64,000 bases of DNA, from NCBI GenBank assembly GCA_051531975.1, contig JAOPTT010000022.1:1-64000 (forward strand). The letters run 5' to 3'. Shown here piece by piece: positions 58,401 to 64,000 of this stretch. The position numbers and the translations under genes were made by a program. The notes beneath the pieces are model-generated. The model saw nothing but the letters and a program-made list of their open reading frames with translations. It did no database searches and was not told the origin of the DNA. The stretch is from Spirochaetaceae bacterium (GTDB lineage Bacteria > Spirochaetota > Spirochaetia > DSM-2461). The first letter of the stretch is position 1; every line of letters starts with the position of its first letter.

Positions 58401-60356
58401 CTACTTTGAAAATAATGTAGCTCGTTTTATTCCATTTAAAATCATTAATGCATCATTTTGTCTTGTTTCATTATCTAATAAAGCCATTGCTTCTGAGATA
58501 TGAGCCATATTTCTTAGTTCAATTAACATTTTATAGTCCGCATTGTTTTTATCTAATACTGCTAATGACATTCCCTTAGTTATAGTGCCACTTCCCATAT
58601 CTTTTATCATTTGCTGTGCAAAACCTTTACTTTCTGTATCAATTCTACCATATCTATCACTAAAAAGAATTAGTTTACCTTTACCTCTGTCTACATCGTT
58701 ATCTGCATGCAGACTAATGAAAAGAGTTTTTTTACTAGGGACACTTGATAATATATTGTTAGTTATAAGTACTCTTTGATCTAATCCCCACTGACCACCT
58801 ACAGGCCAAATTGAATTATTATTAATCTTATTTAGTTTATAGTTATTATATACCTCATTTTTTTCATTAATAAATGTGGTTGTATCGGTTTTAGGATTTC
58901 TTGCGATATGGTCTGGACTTAATATTGTCATATAAGCTTTTGCACCATTTCTTTTTAGTAGTTCATATAGTCTTACTGCTGTATCGTATGCATATTCATC
59001 TTCTACAATAAAAGATTGTTTGCCATTTTGAATTACAGATGCTATAGCACCAGGATCTTTACCACCATGGCCAGGGTCAAGAATTACTGTCCAACCTTCT
59101 AAATCATTAGATATTGGAGATTCATTAGCTATAAGAGTTGAAAATTTATTCCAATTTTCTTTTGCAGTGTTATATTTCTCTAGTGGGTTTTTTAATTCGT
59201 CTATTGAATAGTTTTTATATGGTTGGGACTCTGTAGTATTGTGAGTGTATTTTAAAGAGACGAGGTTAATATTACTGTTTTTCTCTTCCAGAACGTGTTT
59301 AACAACGCTGTAGTCATAAATGCTTAATACTTTACCCTCTGCTACCAATGTTGAATTCAGATGATTGTATTGCATTAATTGGTCAAGTGAAACATTGTAC
59401 TTCTGAGCAATGCTCCAAAGAGTATCTCCTTTAATAACTTTATGAGATCTAGACTCTGGAGGTATCAATTTTATCTTTTGACCTATAGATATATTATCCT
59501 TTGTAAAATTATTTAACTCTCTAAGTAGAGTTTCAGATATATCGTATAAGACTGATAAACCTGATATCGTATCACCTTTTATTACAGTATGATAAAAATT
59601 ATAATCTATTGGTTCTCTTTTTTTTGCATAAGCTGGTAGTTTTATTTTCTCACCTATTCTAATTTTGTCATTAGTGAAATTGTTAATTTTTAGAATATCA
59701 TCAATTGATGTCTGGTATTCTAATGCTATCGCCGATATCGTATCTGATTTTTGAATAGTATAAGTTAATGATGTATCGGTTTTAGGAGCTAATTTTATAA
59801 GAGGTACAGTAACAGATGCCTGTTTGATCTTAATAGGGTCTTTTACATTATCATCAATAAAATTAAGAACTTGTCCAATTACTAAGTTATCATTTTTTAT
59901 GTTATTTAATTTGATGACCTTTTCTGATTCGATGCTATAAGTCATAGATATCCAGCTAAGGGTATCGCCCTTTTTTACTTTGTATGTTTTTTTTAAGTCA
60001 AAAGGTATTGGTAATATTAATATTTCACCAATTTGTATTTTATAGTCCTCTTTTATATTATTAGCTAAAAGTAGATGTTTTAATGTTATATCACTGTTAT
60101 ATGCAATGTTTGATAGAGAATCTCCACTCCTAACTCTGTATTCATCTGGTTTTAAGCTAGATATTAGGAGTTTCTGATTAATATTTAAGTTCTCTGATTT
60201 TAAATTATTATCTAATAGAATAGTGTCTGTAGTAATATTATATAATTTAGCTATTCCATATAACGTATCACCCTTTATTACACTATGAGTTATAGTTTCA
60301 GCATACGTTAATATGGGTATAACAAATATTAAGAGAATTATTAAAAGTTTTTTCAT
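58401..60356 (-). CDS. Six-LysM N-acetylmuramoyl-L-alanine amidase
   Basis: Six (K/S)(G/S)D(T/S)(L/I)xxI LysM starts; Amidase_3 motifs ILDPGHGGKDPGA, FISLHAD, LIELRNM. Confidence 0.9.
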   Translation of the reverse strand: MKKLLIILLIFVIPILTYAETITHSVIKGDTLYGIAKLYNITTDTILLDNNLKSENLNINQKLLISSLKPDEYRVRSGDSLSNIAYNSDITLKHLLLANNIKEDYKIQIGEILILPIPFDLKKTYKVKKGDTLSWISMTYSIESEKVIKLNNIKNDNLVIGQVLNFIDDNVKDPIKIKQASVTVPLIKLAPKTDTSLTYTIQKSDTISAIALEYQTSIDDILKINNFTNDKIRIGEKIKLPAYAKKREPIDYNFYHTVIKGDTISGLSVLYDISETLLRELNNFTKDNISIGQKIKLIPPESRSHKVIKGDTLWSIAQKYNVSLDQLMQYNHLNSTLVAEGKVLSIYDYSVVKHVLEEKNSNINLVSLKYTHNTTESQPYKNYSIDELKNPLEKYNTAKENWNKFSTLIANESPISNDLEGWTVILDPGHGGKDPGAIASVIQNGKQSFIVEDEYAYDTAVRLYELLKRNGAKAYMTILSPDHIARNPKTDTTTFINEKNEVYNNYKLNKINNNSIWPVGGQWGLDQRVLITNNILSSVPSKKTLFISLHADNDVDRGKGKLILFSDRYGRIDTESKGFAQQMIKDMGSGTITKGMSLAVLDKNNADYKMLIELRNMAHISEAMALLDNETRQNDALMILNGIKRATLFSK

Positions 60357-60398
60357 AATTTAATTATCGTAAACTTTTTAATTCTGCTTAATCAAATA

Positions 60399-60929
60399 TT
60401 AGTCTCTTGTATAAAAAATTAATCTACTACCACCATATTTTCTTAAATCGTACTGTCTAAGTTTACCAATTATTTCTGGAAAACTCTCTTTTGAAGGGTA
60501 GTGAAGCATTAAAGTACCATTTTGATTTAATAAACTGTTTTTATCTATCAATTCTAAGTATTTAATTTTGTTTTCTAATGGAAATGGTGGGTCTAAATGT
60601 ATAACATCATATGATCTACTATTATTTTCAAGGAAGATTCCAGCATCAATAAAGTTCGTTTTAATATTCTCTTTGGCAATAGATAAGTTTTTTTGCATTA
60701 CCTTTTTTTTACCAGTGTCCATTTCAACTAAATTTATATCAGTTGCTCCTCTGCTTGCAGCCTCTAAAGCTATAACTCCAGAACCAGAAAAAACATCTAA
60801 AAATGATAAATCCCTTAAATCTCCAAGTATAGAGAACATAGATTCTCTCATTCGATCCATAGCAGGTCTAATAACGCCAGGAGGGCATTCAACCACTCTG
60901 CTTCGATATTTCCCCCCAGTTATTCTCAT
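60399..60929 (-). CDS. rsmD: 16S rRNA m2G966 methyltransferase
   Basis: MRITGG, RPAMDRMRESMF, DVFSGSG, EAASRGA, DPPF. Confidence 0.93.
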   Translation of the reverse strand: MRITGGKYRSRVVECPPGVIRPAMDRMRESMFSILGDLRDLSFLDVFSGSGVIALEAASRGATDINLVEMDTGKKKVMQKNLSIAKENIKTNFIDAGIFLENNSRSYDVIHLDPPFPLENKIKYLELIDKNSLLNQNGTLMLHYPSKESFPEIIGKLRQYDLRKYGGSRLIFYTRD

Positions 60930-60937
60930 ATCTTATA

Positions 60938-61183
60938 TTATCCTTGTGCCGCTATTTTATTAGCCATATCAACAATATTAGAGATCGATGGGTCGGCAAT
61001 TATTTCACCATTAAACTCTACAATGAAATCTGATTCATGACTTGCATCTAACTCAGTAACAACTAATTCTACATTTGCATTTATATACTTTGAAAAATAC
61101 TTATCGATATGAATTAATTCTTCTACTAGGTCAGAACTAAAGTCCTTCTTTATGCTTAATTTATACAAAACTGATTTACTCAT
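60938..61183 (-). CDS. Small hypothetical protein
   Basis: RBS aaggag; co-oriented between recG and rsmD. Confidence 0.65.
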   Translation of the reverse strand: MSKSVLYKLSIKKDFSSDLVEELIHIDKYFSKYINANVELVVTELDASHESDFIVEFNGEIIADPSISNIVDMANKIAAQG

Positions 61184-61245
61184 TTATAATCTCCTTTTAA
61201 TATGTTCATAATAAGTGAGTTTATTAATCTATACAAGATAAACTT

Positions 61246-63318
61246 TTAACCTAGTGCAACAAAATTCGATGAGAATGGTGGTGCTATTGAGTATAATTCC
61301 CTTAACATACTATTTTCTATGGATAATAATCCTGGATCTTCTTTTAATAATCTAAATGCCTCTTCTCTAGCGGATTCTAATACATTTATATCTCTAGCTA
61401 GGTTGGCTATGGAAAATCTCATAAATCCAGATTGTTTTACACCAGCTATATCACCAGGGCCTCTTAATTTCAGATCTTCTTTTGATATTTCAAAGCCATC
61501 ATTAGTCTCTTTCATTGTCATTAATCTTTTTTTCCCATCATCAGTTAATACATTTGAATAGACTAAAAAGCAGTATGACTGATGACTGCCACGTCCAACC
61601 CGTCCTCTTAACTGGTGTAGTGCGGATAAACCAAATCGTTCAGCATGTTCAATAATCATAACAGTGGCATTTGGAACATCTACTCCAACTTCAACAACAC
61701 TTGTTGCTACCAATATATCTACTTCACCACTATTAAAGTCATTCATCGCTTTTATTTTCTCTGATTCATCTACTTTTGAATGTATTAAAGCAAGTTTGAA
61801 GCTAGAGAACATTAGTTTTAATTGATTATACATAGATTCAGCATCTTTTAGGGCCAATTTATCTGATTGTTCGATTAGTGGATATACAAAATATGCCTGT
61901 CTTCCTTTAGATAGTTCATTAAATAAAAAATCATATACTTTTTTTTCGTTACCAATTCTTGCTAGATGTGTTTCAATAGGCTTTCTTCCTACTGGCATCG
62001 TTTTTATTGTTGTTACGTCTAAGTCACCAAAAAGAGTAAGTGTTAAGGTTCTTGGTATAGGGGTCGCCGTCATTAATAGTATATCAGGATCGTTACCTTT
62101 GTTCTTTAATGCTAATCTTTGATTTACACCAAATCTATGTTGTTCATCAACTATAACTAAGTCCAACTGTTTATAGGTTACATCTGATGTAAATAGGGCA
62201 TGGGTTCCAATAATTAAGTCAATATTTCCCTGCTCTAACTCTTTTAATAATAGAGTTCTACTTGCACTTTTTATATTACCAGAGATAAATGCGGTTTTTA
62301 TACCTACAGAGTGAAGAAGTTCATATGCTTTTTCACTGTGCTGCTTTGCTAGGAGTTCTGTAGGTGCCATTAAAGCAACTTGTCCTCCAGATTCTATTAC
62401 AGGTAGTGCAGATAGTAGAGCAATTAATGTTTTTCCAGATCCAACATCTCCTTGAACTAATCGACTCATGACTCTTTCAGAATTTAGATCGTTTAATATT
62501 TCATCAACTGCGGTTATCTGATCTGGAGTTAAGTCAAATGGAAGTTTGTCTATTAATCTTTTTTGAAGCTTTGTGGACAGTTCTCTTTTATCTTTTTTAG
62601 ATCGTCCACGCTCTATGATTTTTTTTCCTGTTACCATCTGTAGGTGGAACAGTTCTTCAAATATTAGTAGATCCCTAGCATTTTGTAGATCACTTTCAGA
62701 TTTTGGAAAATGAATGTTAATAATAGCATCTTTTTTATGATCTAACTTTTTCTTTTTTAATATTTCTAAAGGAAGTTCATCCAAAATTTCAATACAGTAT
62801 GTTGTTAAGGCTTGTTGCATAAATTTTCGAAGACTATTTTGAGTTAACTTACCACTCAATTTATATATTGGTAATAAAAATCCAAATTGTTTTGGTTTAG
62901 TATCATCCTTTTTTTCTTCAAATTCGAAGCTTGAAGATTGAAGTTCAGAAAATTTATACTGGATATTACTAGAATAAATAAATATTTCTAAACCAATAGG
63001 CAGTTTGTTTTCTAAAAAATTTCTACCAAAACAAATTAGTGTTAAATAACCGGTTTTGTCTTTTATTAATATTTTAAGAGTTTTCTTTTGACCATAGCCA
63101 ATATATGAGTGCTCTATAACTGTTGCAACAGTATTTACAAAACCTAAACTTATAGCTTCTTTAATAGGAGATATATTTAGCCTATCTTCCCATCTTACTG
63201 GATAGTGGGTGACTAAGGTTCTAATATTATGTATTCCAAGATTAGCTAGATCTTTAGCTGTTTCTACTCCAACGCCTTTTATTCTGTCTATTGGGTGTTC
63301 TAATTCACTTATATACAT
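61246..63318 (-). CDS. recG: ATP-dependent DNA helicase RecG
   Basis: QGDVGSGKT, DEQHRFG, MTATPIPRTL, LHQLRGRVGRG, DLKLRGPG. Confidence 0.97.
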   Translation of the reverse strand: MYISELEHPIDRIKGVGVETAKDLANLGIHNIRTLVTHYPVRWEDRLNISPIKEAISLGFVNTVATVIEHSYIGYGQKKTLKILIKDKTGYLTLICFGRNFLENKLPIGLEIFIYSSNIQYKFSELQSSSFEFEEKKDDTKPKQFGFLLPIYKLSGKLTQNSLRKFMQQALTTYCIEILDELPLEILKKKKLDHKKDAIINIHFPKSESDLQNARDLLIFEELFHLQMVTGKKIIERGRSKKDKRELSTKLQKRLIDKLPFDLTPDQITAVDEILNDLNSERVMSRLVQGDVGSGKTLIALLSALPVIESGGQVALMAPTELLAKQHSEKAYELLHSVGIKTAFISGNIKSASRTLLLKELEQGNIDLIIGTHALFTSDVTYKQLDLVIVDEQHRFGVNQRLALKNKGNDPDILLMTATPIPRTLTLTLFGDLDVTTIKTMPVGRKPIETHLARIGNEKKVYDFLFNELSKGRQAYFVYPLIEQSDKLALKDAESMYNQLKLMFSSFKLALIHSKVDESEKIKAMNDFNSGEVDILVATSVVEVGVDVPNATVMIIEHAERFGLSALHQLRGRVGRGSHQSYCFLVYSNVLTDDGKKRLMTMKETNDGFEISKEDLKLRGPGDIAGVKQSGFMRFSIANLARDINVLESAREEAFRLLKEDPGLLSIENSMLRELYSIAPPFSSNFVALG

Positions 63319-63323
63319 AGTTT

Positions 63324-63908
63324 TTAAAACATTGAAAATAAAAATACTAGTAGATAATTAATTAGAAGTCTTATAATAAAAATTCCAAATATCATAATAA
63401 TTAAATTGGTTTTATAAGATGTAAATTTCTTTGTAAAAATATTAGAAAATTTACGTGCATAAGTTTCTGTATAGTTATCTAAAGCATGAAAAAATCCACT
63501 ATATTTATTTAGCATCATAAAAACTAATCTAACTGCTAATAGAATCATAACAAAGATGGAAATACTTGATACAAGAGACCATATTGTAGATAGTATTAAT
63601 TTAATAATAAATCCTAATGATAGAACTCCAGACATTGCAATTTGTCCAGTAATATTACTAAAGAAGTATAATACTGCAATTGCTAACATTGCTGAAAAAT
63701 CCATTACGCCTAATCTTAAAAAACTAAATCGTTTAAACCAGTCTAAGTATGGGTCTGTAATAGAATATATAAACAATATTACTCTATTTTGGCTAGCTCC
63801 ATTAAAATTATTCCGTAAGTTAAACCAACTCAGAATTATTCTAATAAATATTATAAAGCTATAGGCTGAAAGTACAAGTGATATAAAGCCAAATATATTT
63901 GAAACCAT
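63324..63908 (-). CDS. YggT-family membrane protein
   Basis: RIILSWF...ITDPYL...DFSAMLA. Confidence 0.85.
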   Translation of the reverse strand: MVSNIFGFISLVLSAYSFIIFIRIILSWFNLRNNFNGASQNRVILFIYSITDPYLDWFKRFSFLRLGVMDFSAMLAIAVLYFFSNITGQIAMSGVLSLGFIIKLILSTIWSLVSSISIFVMILLAVRLVFMMLNKYSGFFHALDNYTETYARKFSNIFTKKFTSYKTNLIIMIFGIFIIRLLINYLLVFLFSMF

Positions 63909-64000
63909 TAAATTCTCCTTATTTCTATATTAAATATACTACCTTTTTATTAGAAAGGTAATATCTTTATCAAAAAACTCAACATCGGCACCAAGTTTTT

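Overview
AT-rich bacterial chromosome segment. The gene content (giant FSPNGDG-repeat/OmpA protein, multi-LysM amidase, stand-alone 5S rRNA) suggests a free-living spirochaete, but that is an inference. The core regions (1-26.6 kb and 42.7-64 kb) hold a PocR-regulated glycerol operon (gldA-dhaKL), a MATE pump, an orphan 5S rRNA, gpsA, ndk, ligA, rlmN, a duplicated tRNA-Pro/tRNA-Arg pair, a complete trp operon with trpGD and trpCF fusions, sua5, purK-purE, rpsU, hisS, rlmKL, hisZ-hisG-hisB, rsmD and recG. Between purE and rpsU/hisS lies a ~15-kb accessory island with all its major genes on the + strand. It is divided by five 107-111-bp attC-like (integron cassette) palindromes, and no integrase is present in the window. 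The cassette-like units carry recognisable or candidate anti-phage genes: a YejK/NdpA-like protein plus a membrane protein, a Rad50/SMC-like ATPase plus a membrane protein, a TIR-STAND NTPase, a SAP-motif protein plus a SNIPE/PD-lambda-1-like nuclease, an amber-interrupted AbiH, and a DUF2188 plus DUF4238 pair. The island also contains internal, diverged copies of both flanks (a 135-bp purE-downstream element and hisS fragments). A mirror-image strand-composition bias converges on it from both sides. All calls come from motif reading only; no searches were run.
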